Below, one piece after another: positions 9,630-18,588 of a DNA stretch of 64,000 bases. The stretch's first letter is position 1; every line of letters starts with the position of its first letter. Source of the stretch: a virus (taxonomy: Duplodnaviria; Heunggongvirae; Uroviricota; Caudoviricetes). The position numbers and the translations under genes are program-made. The stretch lies in IMG/VR virus record IMGVR_UViG_3300000944_000006, positions 18,380 through 82,379 of that record, one strand, 5' to 3'. The notes beneath the pieces were generated by a model, which searched no databases, was not told the DNA's origin, and saw only the letters and a list, made by a program, of their open reading frames with translations.

Positions 9630-10121
9630 CTAAAAATCTGTCATTTTTTTATTTTCTACAAAGCCATTCTTTAAAAGAATATTCTTAACATCGTCAAAAC
9701 CGTCACTCTTTTTTAGCATATACATATTTTCTGATGCTTCATATAGTTCAGTATCAAACACAGAAAGTCCTGTTAAGAATTTTAGCATATAATCACAGCT
9801 TCTATCTGGTATAGAATTATTCTTTTCCCAAAAAAATTCTGACGAAAAGCACATGACTTCAGGAAGACCATTTTCATCATATCCAATACCAAAAAGCTGA
9901 TTTCCACACTCCCATGTCATATAATCAAGGTCTTCGCCTTCTTCATATTCATCTTCGTCCGCAGTATATACTAGAACTTCTAGTCCAGTTTGTTTGTTTT
10001 TAAACTTTCGGAAATAGTCTTCGAATCTATGCTTTTTCTTAGAAAGTCGTTTCCAATCAGAAGTATTTCCGCCATATTCTTCAACTAGAATTTCTTCTTT
10101 AATATAATCTGTAACAGTCAT
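9630..10121 (-). CDS. hypothetical protein (163 aa)
   Basis: ORF. Confidence 0.45.
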   Translation of the reverse strand: MTVTDYIKEEILVEEYGGNTSDWKRLSKKKHRFEDYFRKFKNKQTGLEVLVYTADEDEYEEGEDLDYMTWECGNQLFGIGYDENGLPEVMCFSSEFFWEKNNSIPDRSCDYMLKFLTGLSVFDTELYEASENMYMLKKSDGFDDVKNILLKNGFVENKKMTDF

Positions 10122-10327
10122 AATAATATAATCCCAAATAAACCAAATAATAAAGTTCTGGCTAATCTTTTTTGATTATCGCGCACTAATTTGCTGCTGA
10201 TAACCCAAAAGACAGACGAGACATATCTTTTATACGGATGTAATGAACAGAAAGGGCAATATTCAAAACATCTTCAAAATAATATGTTAACCCCGAAAGG
10301 CCAGATTGACTATACCTTAAAGAAGTT

Positions 10328-10774
10328 TTATGTGCTTGTCAAGCCATTTCGTAATTCTTCACGAACCTTCATTATTATCTTACCAAGCTTGTTTTCACCT
10401 ACACCATTACACACGCCCCAAAACGTATCGTTCCATGTATTATCTTCTACGATTAGACAATTACCTGTGCCTAGAAGTTTTGGCGTAAGGAACATATCAT
10501 TTCGATATTTCTCCCGCGTAAGTTCTAGCATAATATTTTCTTTGATGGAATCCCAATCTTTTCGTATTTTAAGATTTCTTCCATATTTTTTAGCATCGCC
10601 TGCATAGGTTAGTTTAGATATTTTGATTCGTTCTTCTTCGTCTAATGTCTTAGCAGCGACATATGCATGTTCTACAGAAGGATACAAAATATATTCAAAC
10701 ATTATGTCTACACGTTGAAAGTTAGACAACCATCTATATTTGCCATGAAAGCCAATTATATCTTCTTGAAGCAT
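10328..10774 (-). CDS. NADAR-domain protein (YbiA-like; NAD/ADP-ribose-associated)
   Basis: FHGKYRWLSNFQ...YPSVEHAYVAAK...GNCLIVEDNTWNDTFWGV matches the F-x-G-x-Y-x-x-LSNF signature of NADAR/DUF1768. Confidence 0.7.
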   Translation of the reverse strand: MLQEDIIGFHGKYRWLSNFQRVDIMFEYILYPSVEHAYVAAKTLDEEERIKISKLTYAGDAKKYGRNLKIRKDWDSIKENIMLELTREKYRNDMFLTPKLLGTGNCLIVEDNTWNDTFWGVCNGVGENKLGKIIMKVREELRNGLTST

Positions 10775-11016
10775 TAAGTTTCTAACTGTTCAGGAAAAAG
10801 ACATTTATCTGCACGGCAGTCATCAACTAACATTTCAAGCATTGTCAAGGCTTTTTGACGCATTTTATGTTGACTTCTTCCATACACACGAACAGATTGC
10901 ATTGTAGGAATGTGCGTTACAGTCATCCAAGAATTATTTGGGCCGCAATGCCACTGTCCCTTTAATGGCTTGTCAGTATTACCTACAATTTTTATATCTT
11001 TTTCGTCTAACATCAC
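10774..11016 (-). CDS. hypothetical protein (80 aa)
   Basis: ORF. Confidence 0.4.
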   Translation of the reverse strand: MMLDEKDIKIVGNTDKPLKGQWHCGPNNSWMTVTHIPTMQSVRVYGRSQHKMRQKALTMLEMLVDDCRADKCLFPEQLET

Positions 11017-11921
11017 ATGTCCCGCTTTTTTGTTTCGTAGAAGTGTTTAGCGATACCAAAACGAGGGACACCGCGCGGTGTAAGGTTTTGGTATTTGATT
11101 GTCGCAGGATTGCCAATATATTTTTCTTTATTTTTTAAAAGATATCGACAAAATGCCGTGTTGCCTTTTATACCTGCCTTGGCAGTCAATTCACCATCGA
11201 CTCTATAAAGAACACTCTTAGCAGCGCCCATCCATTTACCAGTACCTTCTATAATATCCAAAACTTCGTATTCAGCATCATAGAACTTTTTAACTTTCCA
11301 AATATATTTTGAAATCTTTTGTTCATATGGAGAATCGTGGGGAAAGCGTATCATTATGCCTTCATAACCTTGCTCAATACACATATCTAATTCTTCTTTA
11401 ATAGATTCAATATTAGAATCAAAAAATGCAGTATTAATCAAGTTAACTACACCGCCGTTTTCTGACAGTTGTCCTATGAATTTTTTATAATACATCCAAC
11501 GATTAAAAAATGACATATCAGAACCGTCATAAAAATCGAAAATATGAAACTGTAGATGTTCAACAGCTAATTCAATTTCTTCTTTTGTCGGAACTTGTTT
11601 TTTCGCGAGCGAAATGATTTGATTAAAATCATCTTTGAAGTCGTGATTATAAAGTTCTCCATCTATCACAAGTTTAGGAAATATTTTGAAAACAGGACGA
11701 AGAATATCTTGTATATGTCCTGTTGTTTGGAACAGATTGCCTTCTTTTGTGTAAGCCCCGTCTATAGTGATATAGCATCGAATACCGTCTGCTTTAGGCT
11801 GTCTACAAAGGGCTGTCACACTTGGTGTTGTTTTTATATTTCTAGCAAACCACTTTTCAAGTTCGACTTGCTTATCTTCATCTATCGGGAATGTCCGCGA
11901 TAACATAGGTTTAAATTTCAT
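11013..11921 (-). CDS. ATP-dependent DNA ligase, minimal (adenylation + OB domains only)
   Basis: Motif I KADGIRC (the K-x-D-G-x-R form typical of DNA ligases, as in T4 gp30 KADGAR), DGELY (motif III), YEGIMIR (motif IV). At 302 aa it lacks an N-terminal DNA-binding domain. Confidence 0.7.
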   Translation of the reverse strand: MKFKPMLSRTFPIDEDKQVELEKWFARNIKTTPSVTALCRQPKADGIRCYITIDGAYTKEGNLFQTTGHIQDILRPVFKIFPKLVIDGELYNHDFKDDFNQIISLAKKQVPTKEEIELAVEHLQFHIFDFYDGSDMSFFNRWMYYKKFIGQLSENGGVVNLINTAFFDSNIESIKEELDMCIEQGYEGIMIRFPHDSPYEQKISKYIWKVKKFYDAEYEVLDIIEGTGKWMGAAKSVLYRVDGELTAKAGIKGNTAFCRYLLKNKEKYIGNPATIKYQNLTPRGVPRFGIAKHFYETKKRDM

Positions 11922-12022
11922 TATTATCCTTTTATATTTAAAACCTGCTTCAGTGTATGGACGATTTCAACAAGGTCTTCTTGCGCTGCCATAACATTAT
12001 TTATGTCTTTTAAGAATATTTA

Positions 12023-12370
12023 CTATTTTTTGACAAAGTTATCTCCTGTTGTTTCTTTCTTTTCTTTTCGCTTAAAGAACCAAATCCACAGCAAAAATAA
12101 CACAGTAGGAGTTCCTATGACAACAGGACATGTAAATAATGCTAAAAGAAATCCCAACACAATCATAAGACAAGCACAGATAAACAGTGCCTGAATGAAA
12201 AGTATAGCTGTCGCAAGACCAAGTTTATTACGTCTATCTTTATCAAATTTAATACTCTTATCGAAAAGAGATGTTAAAAGCGGAACATCAGTTTCCCATC
12301 TAAACTTTCCCTCTCTTTCCTTCTCATAAAAAACATTATTCCAGAAGTTTGTCCATACATGCTTAACCAT
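12023..12370 (-). CDS. membrane protein
   Basis: Two strong TM segments. Confidence 0.4.
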   Translation of the reverse strand: MVKHVWTNFWNNVFYEKEREGKFRWETDVPLLTSLFDKSIKFDKDRRNKLGLATAILFIQALFICACLMIVLGFLLALFTCPVVIGTPTVLFLLWIWFFKRKEKKETTGDNFVKK

Positions 12371-12719
12371 AATTTCCTACACAATACCATCTTCCAAATT
12401 TTACAAAATGCTGTTGCATGTTGTCATGCTCACGTAAAAATTTATTAAGAAGTTTCTTTTGCACCTTTACTTTTGCTTGTGGATTTGCCTTTGTTTTACG
12501 CACATCCATGTTAACGGCTTGCGCCATATCTTCATATTCCTTGTTACTAACAGACGTTTTATAGTCTGTCAACACACGTTCCATTTCTGTGTGGTCGCGA
12601 AATAATAGAAAAATATATTTAGAATCTATTTGAATATATCCATTTGCCTTGGATTTAGATTCTTTTACGATATCATTAATCGTGTCTATATCGTCATATG
12701 TTGTCTTGATAGTTATCAT
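12363..12719 (-). CDS. hypothetical protein (118 aa)
   Basis: ORF. Confidence 0.45.
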   Translation of the reverse strand: MITIKTTYDDIDTINDIVKESKSKANGYIQIDSKYIFLLFRDHTEMERVLTDYKTSVSNKEYEDMAQAVNMDVRKTKANPQAKVKVQKKLLNKFLREHDNMQQHFVKFGRWYCVGNYG

Positions 12720-13054
12720 AGTGTTGATAGAGGATTTGCAATTTTCATTGGGGGATGTTTAAGACGTTGAAAGCCAGAAATCTTTTTAATTTTAGGTGAT
12801 GCTAGGTCTGATATATCAACAAGACAAAATATTCGAAGATAGCTGTCTGGCTTAATAAGATATTGTTCAGGAACTTTAAGTGTCTCGTTAGTATTAAAAT
12901 CCATAGGTAGAATTCCCTTGATTAAGGGCGATACGGTTATGTCCATATCAAATCTTATCGCATAATTAGTATAATTAAAAAAATATGTTACTGACGAATC
13001 GCTAGATTTGTATATATTAATTTTTGAAATATCTATGAAAAATTTATATAACAT
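12716..13054 (-). CDS. hypothetical protein (112 aa)
   Basis: ORF. Confidence 0.4.
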   Translation of the reverse strand: MLYKFFIDISKINIYKSSDSSVTYFFNYTNYAIRFDMDITVSPLIKGILPMDFNTNETLKVPEQYLIKPDSYLRIFCLVDISDLASPKIKKISGFQRLKHPPMKIANPLSTL

Positions 13055-13388
13055 CGTTTTTTGTTACTCTTTTTCCGTTAACTGTTATAAAATCAATCTT
13101 GGTTAACTTAAAACGTGAACTAATATATCCATATACTACAATAGTGTTAGGATTTTTTCTTGTATATTTAACTACACCGTTCTTTCCTAAAAATTCTCTT
13201 TCATAAAATTTACCCAACGTCTTACTTAAATGTTCTCCATCAAATAACGTATTTTTATCTATTACAATAAAAGACTGCGTTTGCTTAATATGCGGATTTA
13301 ATTTTTTGCCGTATGAAATTATTCGCATATATTGCTTTACAGTATAAAATTCTAAGACATCTATCGTAATTTTAACTTTCTTTACCAT
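13044..13388 (-). CDS. hypothetical protein (114 aa)
   Basis: ORF. Confidence 0.4.
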   Translation of the reverse strand: MVKKVKITIDVLEFYTVKQYMRIISYGKKLNPHIKQTQSFIVIDKNTLFDGEHLSKTLGKFYEREFLGKNGVVKYTRKNPNTIVVYGYISSRFKLTKIDFITVNGKRVTKNDVI

Positions 13389-13545
13389 AACTATGTTCTA
13401 TCGTTTGCAACTTCTAATTCTTCAAATGTGACATACGGATAGACAGGCTTATATACAAGTTCAAAATCATTTTGAATGTAAAGGTCTTCAGGTGTTATCC
13501 AAAACGCGCATGAAGAGTAGTAATTCATAATATACGGTAATGTTA

Positions 13546-13971
13546 TTAAAATGGCGGGTGTCTCTCTAATAGCAAATCGTGAATATATACGCGGTCTGAT
13601 TTATTAGTTGCCCCAAATAATCCTGCTAGTTTAGATGCCATAGCAAATCGTTTGAAATACGTTTCATCAGCCTCTTCGGGATTTAGTAAGATGACGTTCA
13701 GTTTACCAAAACGATAATTATCAAATTTATCACTGCCCTGTTTTTTTGTATAACTATGCGTTTCTATAGCCCAACGCTCGTTAATCAAATAATTTTGAAT
13801 AAGTTTGTAATTCGCAACACTTTTTGGGTAAATCAAAAAATCATAATCAGAAGGGACAACTTGATTTACTAATTGAGAACCGACAGCAGCTATACGTGTC
13901 CCTTCAAGTTTCTCACAAAAAAGCATGAGGCCTGTTATTTTTTGAAGAGAAGCTTTTTGAATATTTAGCAT
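13546..13971 (-). CDS. hypothetical protein (141 aa)
   Basis: ORF. Confidence 0.45.
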   Translation of the reverse strand: MLNIQKASLQKITGLMLFCEKLEGTRIAAVGSQLVNQVVPSDYDFLIYPKSVANYKLIQNYLINERWAIETHSYTKKQGSDKFDNYRFGKLNVILLNPEEADETYFKRFAMASKLAGLFGATNKSDRVYIHDLLLERHPPF

Positions 13972-13988
13972 CTAGTAATGTCCTTTTT

Positions 13989-14558
13989 TTAAGGAAGTGC
14001 GTAGAAAACGTGATTTCCTACTTGTTCGATTTTGTGTTTAGGGCTTGCCCAAAATGGGTTTACGTGGTGTGCATGATAGTGTAAAACATCGTTAGGTACA
14101 AGTCTTTCTTTACGATTTTTCTCCAAGGTTTTCATGCCGATACGAATAGAATCTTTCACGGCGTCTGAATATTCGCCATTTGGTGTGAAAGCTTTCTTGG
14201 CTTTCAGTAGGTTAGGGTCATTTTCATTCCACATAGAGAACTGCCAAGGCTGCTTTACAACACCACAAATAGTGTTGGGGTATTTTGGTGAATCCACACG
14301 ATTTAATATTACTGTAGCAATCAATTCTTTTCCAAGGTCTGATTCGCTTCTACCTTCACCCCAAATCGTCATGTACAGGCAGTTTGTTTCGCTGATTTGT
14401 ATGTCAGAAACTTTTGTTTTAACCGCTTCTATAACAGGCGTATATGTCTTCTCTGGGACTTGTGTATATGTCACGTCAGACATCATTGCATACATAAATG
14501 TTGTTAATATTGTTGCAGACACTGTAAACCTATTTACCATTACCATCGTCATAATCAT
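13989..14558 (-). CDS. SleB-type cell wall hydrolase (Hydrolase_2 family) with N-terminal signal/anchor
   Basis: MTIWGEGRSE...ATVILNRVDSPKYPNTICGVVKQPWQFSMW matches the SleB/Hydrolase_2 signature. Hydrophobic N-terminus. Confidence 0.65.
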   Translation of the reverse strand: MIMTMVMVNRFTVSATILTTFMYAMMSDVTYTQVPEKTYTPVIEAVKTKVSDIQISETNCLYMTIWGEGRSESDLGKELIATVILNRVDSPKYPNTICGVVKQPWQFSMWNENDPNLLKAKKAFTPNGEYSDAVKDSIRIGMKTLEKNRKERLVPNDVLHYHAHHVNPFWASPKHKIEQVGNHVFYALP

Positions 14559-14657
14559 ATTCCTTTTTTCTTAACTTGACTAAGAAATATGATATATCAG
14601 CATATAATTTAAAAAGCATTAATGCAACAAAAAAAATAACAGCAATAAAAAACCGTA

Positions 14658-14936
14658 TCATCGTGCCAATATTTCGTATTTTCGTAATATAATTTCATCT
14701 GATGGGATGTAATAATGTGTGATTTCGCTTTTTAGGTTTGTGTATGCAGATAAAGAATGTTTTATTTCAAAATATATAATAGAATTTAAATAGTCTTGTT
14801 CGGATAACAAGCTTCTAAAAATTTCGCTGTGTATATAAAATATTTCTTCTGGGTGGTTTCCTCGGAATCTTCGTTCGTTGTCTTTTCTCCGCGCCATAAA
14901 TCCAGTTGCTTTATATTTAAATTCAAACTTATACAT
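14658..14936 (-). CDS. small protein, FKYK...Y-x-IP-x-D-E-I family member
   Basis: N-term MYKFEFKYKATG, C-term YYIPSDEIILRKYEI. Paralog of the 14936, 15186, 39809, 40068 and 40333 genes. Confidence 0.5.
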   Translation of the reverse strand: MYKFEFKYKATGFMARRKDNERRFRGNHPEEIFYIHSEIFRSLLSEQDYLNSIIYFEIKHSLSAYTNLKSEITHYYIPSDEIILRKYEILAR

Positions 14937-15208
14937 TATATATCCGATATCTTTACGATTTCAATTTCTTCTTCTGGTATTCTAAAGTTTGCCCATTTTT
15001 TATATTCAATGAAATCGCGCTTTAAATGTACATAAAATGTATAATTCTTTTTTATCGTAATATTATGCACGCACCTTGGCCCAAAAGCTGTAGAAAATAT
15101 TATGATACGATACGACTTATACGCATGTTTCATTGTTAATGCATAGCCGCCTACAAGATGTCTTTGTTTAGCAGTAAGTTTGTATTTAAATGTCATAGAT
15201 ATTTTCAA
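14936..15208 (-). CDS. small protein, FKYKLT...IPEEEIEI family member
   Basis: MTFKYKLTAKQ ... FRIPEEEIEIVKISDI. Confidence 0.5.
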   Translation of the reverse strand: MKISMTFKYKLTAKQRHLVGGYALTMKHAYKSYRIIIFSTAFGPRCVHNITIKKNYTFYVHLKRDFIEYKKWANFRIPEEEIEIVKISDI

Positions 15209-15476
15209 TTTTATGAATAGTAATATGGTCTTCAGGAAAGCGATACTTATCTAAAGATATGAAACGGCTATGTTCTTTGTAAAAATTAATCGGATTTTCT
15301 AATGAAAAATGTATATAACATTTTTCATTCACATAATGAATTTTTCTAAATGCATCACTATAAAACGCAATTGTTTTATTAAATTGATGGACAGACTCTG
15401 GAATAGACAATACTTTCCCCATGCTAGTATGTATAATAGCACCTTCTGTTCTATATTTAAATTCTCTTTCAGACAT
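15186..15476 (-). CDS. small protein, same family
   Basis: EFKYRTEG ... YRFPEDHITIHKIENI. Confidence 0.5.
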   Translation of the reverse strand: MSEREFKYRTEGAIIHTSMGKVLSIPESVHQFNKTIAFYSDAFRKIHYVNEKCYIHFSLENPINFYKEHSRFISLDKYRFPEDHITIHKIENIYDI

Positions 15477-15516
15477 ATGTAATCATTATACAGCATATAG
15501 AACGACTAAACAATGT

Positions 15517-16245
15517 TTATTTTTTGGCGTTCCAGAACGTTATAAGACGCTTTAACAAAGCCTTTTTATGGTCGTTAATGTTTCCTTCAAACACTTGGAA
15601 CTTGCCATCTTGTATAGACACTAAAATCTTATATTTTTCAACATCAAGGTTATACATTTCATTAATCATAAGAGCATACATAGTACACTGTAGTCTATAA
15701 TCATTAATAAAAATTTGTTTCTTTGGTTTACGAGAATTTTTAAAATCAACAATCGTTACTTCACCGTCAATAATACCTACACAGTCACATGTACCTGCGA
15801 TTTTATATTTGTGCGAATATAAAGGTATTTCTATGCCCATCACTACATCTAAACGCTGTGAAAGATATTCTAGCATAGGCTTGAACATACGGTTTTCGCG
15901 GTCTGTCATGGCTTCGACAGTTTCGCCTAAAAGATATTTTTCACATGCATCATGAAGTTTGTTACCAATACCAGAAGAATCTTCTAAAATTCGAGTAGCT
16001 TCGTGTAATCCCTTGCGTTCATACCAATCGTCTAAAGGCTTACGGTCTTCGTCTGACAGGGATGCAGAAAGTATTGTTGTGACAGAAGGATATGACTTAC
16101 CATCTGGCGTCATATATGTTCTATACGCACCTGTATCATCGCGCACGATAGGTTTTATTTCTAATAGATTCTTTTTAAAATCTTTTTGAACTTTTAGAAA
16201 GACTTCTTTTTCAGAAAGTCGGTTAAGTATCTGATTTAGATTCAT
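15517..16245 (-). CDS. PD-(D/E)xK nuclease (RecB/lambda-exonuclease/Cas4-like)
   Basis: GTCDCVGIIDGEVTIVDFK (D...E-x-x-x-D-x-K) followed by a QCTMY (Q-x-x-x-Y) motif. Confidence 0.55.
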   Translation of the reverse strand: MNLNQILNRLSEKEVFLKVQKDFKKNLLEIKPIVRDDTGAYRTYMTPDGKSYPSVTTILSASLSDEDRKPLDDWYERKGLHEATRILEDSSGIGNKLHDACEKYLLGETVEAMTDRENRMFKPMLEYLSQRLDVVMGIEIPLYSHKYKIAGTCDCVGIIDGEVTIVDFKNSRKPKKQIFINDYRLQCTMYALMINEMYNLDVEKYKILVSIQDGKFQVFEGNINDHKKALLKRLITFWNAKK

Positions 16246-16549
16246 TCTTTGCTGTGTCGTTACTAAACGGTTTTAATTTATACGCTATGTAATAAAAATT
16301 CTTGCGAATAAGCGTTCGCATTTGTATAAAAGAAAGCCCAACAGAAAGCAACACAGCAAAAACATATGCGCCTGTGACGATAGACATGGCTATAAGAAAA
16401 TATGCACAAAGATATGCCATAAAACTTACTATAGGACTTTCGAACATAGCGTCATTCATGACATTAGGTGTTGACTTGTACATACGAAAAGGTTCTGCGA
16501 AAAATCCTACAACTTTTTCTTTGATTAATATTAATCTATCTTTGACCAT
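16223..16549 (-). CDS. membrane protein
   Basis: Multiple hydrophobic helices. Confidence 0.4.
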   Translation of the reverse strand: MVKDRLILIKEKVVGFFAEPFRMYKSTPNVMNDAMFESPIVSFMAYLCAYFLIAMSIVTGAYVFAVLLSVGLSFIQMRTLIRKNFYYIAYKLKPFSNDTAKNESKSDT

Positions 16550-17087
16550 ATGTTATTCCGTGTTTTGTGCCTTTTTTGTTTATAGTAAGAACTTCTCGGC
16601 GCTGTCTATCTTTGTCTGCATCGTAGGACACATGTACCCATCCACTTTGCGGAGAATCTTTGTAATGAAATTCAAGAATAAGTTGGTCAAACACAAGACC
16701 AGAATTTGCGATATGTTGTGCGACATAATAATTATCAAGACCAAGTATTTCAAAATCAACAGCACATCCTTTCATGTGTTGTGAATTTTTAGCACCTTTA
16801 ATTTTTGTGTTAAGTTCTTTGCTACGATACCCAGAAGATATCACAAGTGGTCTTTTATAGAAGTCACGGATAGGCTGTAGAACATATCTACAAAGGTCAA
16901 CAAGTGCTAAAAATTCTTCTTTGGAAGGAATGTTTTCTATACCATGCCTAGATGCGGTCTGTGAAACTAGAAATTCATTCAACCTAAAGTTCTTTGAAAG
17001 GAATGGGTTTTTCTTAAGAAGTTTTTTATATTCCACATCATCATCAGAAAATCTGATATGAGAATAACTATACCTGCGCCCAAACAT
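16536..17087 (-). CDS. zinc D-Ala-D-Ala carboxypeptidase-like peptidase (M15 family)
   Basis: SSGYRS...SQHMKGCAVDFE...WVHVSYD gives the H-D-H zinc ligand pattern of M15/VanY-like peptidases. Confidence 0.6.
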   Translation of the reverse strand: MFGRRYSYSHIRFSDDDVEYKKLLKKNPFLSKNFRLNEFLVSQTASRHGIENIPSKEEFLALVDLCRYVLQPIRDFYKRPLVISSGYRSKELNTKIKGAKNSQHMKGCAVDFEILGLDNYYVAQHIANSGLVFDQLILEFHYKDSPQSGWVHVSYDADKDRQRREVLTINKKGTKHGITYGQR

Positions 17088-17357
17088 TTAAAATTCTTTG
17101 CTTAAATCGACAGAATCACTTATAGTCGACCTTCGACCGACATAGTTATCAATGTCCTTTAGGCGTTTACCAAGTTCGCCATTAACTTTTCTTCCAGAAC
17201 CTTTACTTTGTATAAAGCCGCCGAATGCTATTATGACATGTTCAGTATTAGAAGATTCGCAATTCTCACATGGATGCGAATCTTCTCGTTCACTCATTTT
17301 ACACCAGACTTCATATATTTCTTCGCAATCATTGCATTTGAAATTATATACTATCAT
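17088..17357 (-). CDS. FmdB-like zinc-ribbon protein
   Basis: FKCNDCEE...HPCENCES forms a CxxC...CxxC ribbon at the N-terminus. Confidence 0.45.
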   Translation of the reverse strand: MIVYNFKCNDCEEIYEVWCKMSEREDSHPCENCESSNTEHVIIAFGGFIQSKGSGRKVNGELGKRLKDIDNYVGRRSTISDSVDLSKEF

Positions 17358-17363
17358 AGGTGC

Positions 17364-17549
17364 TTAGTGTACTTTCTGACGTGGTAGACGGTCATAAACG
17401 CCTGTGATAACCCATCGTTTCTGATTCATATAGTCTGGATTGCCAAGATTTTTATAGTCGTCTGCACAAGTAATGCCAGTTTTGACATCACCCATTTTTT
17501 GCCAACGATTATATTTTCCATCAGGGCGTTTTGTAAATTCTGTACGCAT
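17364..17549 (-). CDS. hypothetical protein (61 aa)
   Basis: ORF preceded by the conserved 19-mer CTAAGAAAGACTAAGTAAA. Confidence 0.4.
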   Translation of the reverse strand: MRTEFTKRPDGKYNRWQKMGDVKTGITCADDYKNLGNPDYMNQKRWVITGVYDRLPRQKVH

Positions 17550-17550
17550 A

Positions 17551-17569
17551 TTTACTTAGTCTTTCTTAG
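17551..17569. repeat. 19-bp perfect direct repeat, copy 1 (TTTACTTAGTCTTTCTTAG)
   Basis: Identical to 19465..19483. This copy contains the last codons and stop of the upstream gene and lies 1 nt from the next ATG. Confidence 0.8.
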
Positions 17570-18197
17570 CTTTTGGGGTTTCTTTCGGCGTTACGACTTT
17601 TTGTTCAGCAGGTTTATCAGTTGAAGCTTGCGAAACTTTAACAGGTTCTTTAGTAGCGTCTGTTTCGTTTTTAACCGCTTTTTCGACTTTCTTTTTAGTT
17701 GCCTTTTTCTTGGCAGGTTTTTCATCAGCAACTTTATCGACTTTTTTAGGTGCTTTTTCAGCAACTTTCTTCTTAACAGGTTTTTCTGCTGTGGGAAAGT
17801 CGAAACCAAAGACTTCCGAAATGATTTCATTAGAAAGATATGGAAGGTCTTCACCCGCGAAAATAGTTTCTACGAAGTCATATTCAAACGGATGTAGTGT
17901 ATCCATAAGACCTAAATAGATTGATTGTAGACGGTCTGCGCGAACGCGCGTAGGTTCTACAAAATAATTAAACACTTTATATTGTGATACAAGTGATGGC
18001 GCACGTCCAAGAGGATGATTACGCTTTGCAGCAGACACACCTTCTGGCAGTTGCCACATTTTGACTTCAGGATTTACAAGCAATCCCATAAAGTATTCAA
18101 AGCGTGGAAAGTTTTTATTTTCTTCGAGAAAAGCTTTTTTCTCTTCGTCAGTCTTCATGCCTGCGATTTTATTTAAAATTTCACCGATAGATTTCAT
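17556..18197 (-). CDS. hypothetical protein with lysine-rich histone-H1-like C-terminal tail
   Basis: C-terminus KKKVAEKAPKKVDKVADEKPAKKKATKKKVEKAVK... Start set at MKSIGEILNK (internal to the ORF-track start). Confidence 0.5.
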   Translation of the reverse strand: MKSIGEILNKIAGMKTDEEKKAFLEENKNFPRFEYFMGLLVNPEVKMWQLPEGVSAAKRNHPLGRAPSLVSQYKVFNYFVEPTRVRADRLQSIYLGLMDTLHPFEYDFVETIFAGEDLPYLSNEIISEVFGFDFPTAEKPVKKKVAEKAPKKVDKVADEKPAKKKATKKKVEKAVKNETDATKEPVKVSQASTDKPAEQKVVTPKETPKAKKD

Positions 18198-18214
18198 TAT
18201 TCTTTTTTCCTTTT

Positions 18215-18574
18215 TTAATGTATAGCGGTTGTTGGCGAAAGCACATCGAAGACTTTCTTGCATGTGTATTTATAAACCATGCCATTATCCCCATCTAGCT
18301 TTTGTTCTACGCCCATTTCATAATGTGGTGATGTAGCAGACATAGATGCTTCTGTTAGTTCAAAATGCTGTGACATGCCAAAATATGTCACAGACGATGT
18401 GTTTGCACATTGTATCGCTGACAGGATAGTCATATCCGATAGCAATTTCTGCATGAATACAGGACGTTGATAGATATCCGAAACTGAAAAGGTTATATTT
18501 CCAAGACGTTTTCGAATATCCGTCTTTTCGTCCATTTCATCGGCATAATCCATTAAATGTTCTTTTGTATTCAT
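18215..18574 (-). CDS. hypothetical protein (119 aa)
   Basis: ORF. Confidence 0.45.
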   Translation of the reverse strand: MNTKEHLMDYADEMDEKTDIRKRLGNITFSVSDIYQRPVFMQKLLSDMTILSAIQCANTSSVTYFGMSQHFELTEASMSATSPHYEMGVEQKLDGDNGMVYKYTCKKVFDVLSPTTAIH

Positions 18575-18588
18575 GTGATAATTTCCTT

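Noticed and set aside
14575-14657. TTGACT ... TATAAT pair in the intergenic region, considered as a plus-strand sigma70 promoter
   Set aside because: The spacer is 21 nt and no plus-strand gene follows. Likely chance in AT-rich DNA.
17591-17919. Several ORFs (17591..17854, 17628..17897, 17710..17919) overlapping the lysine-rich tail of the 17556..18197 gene
   Set aside because: The repetitive AAR/GCN codons of the K/A-rich tail stay open in alternative frames. These are frame-shadows of one real gene.
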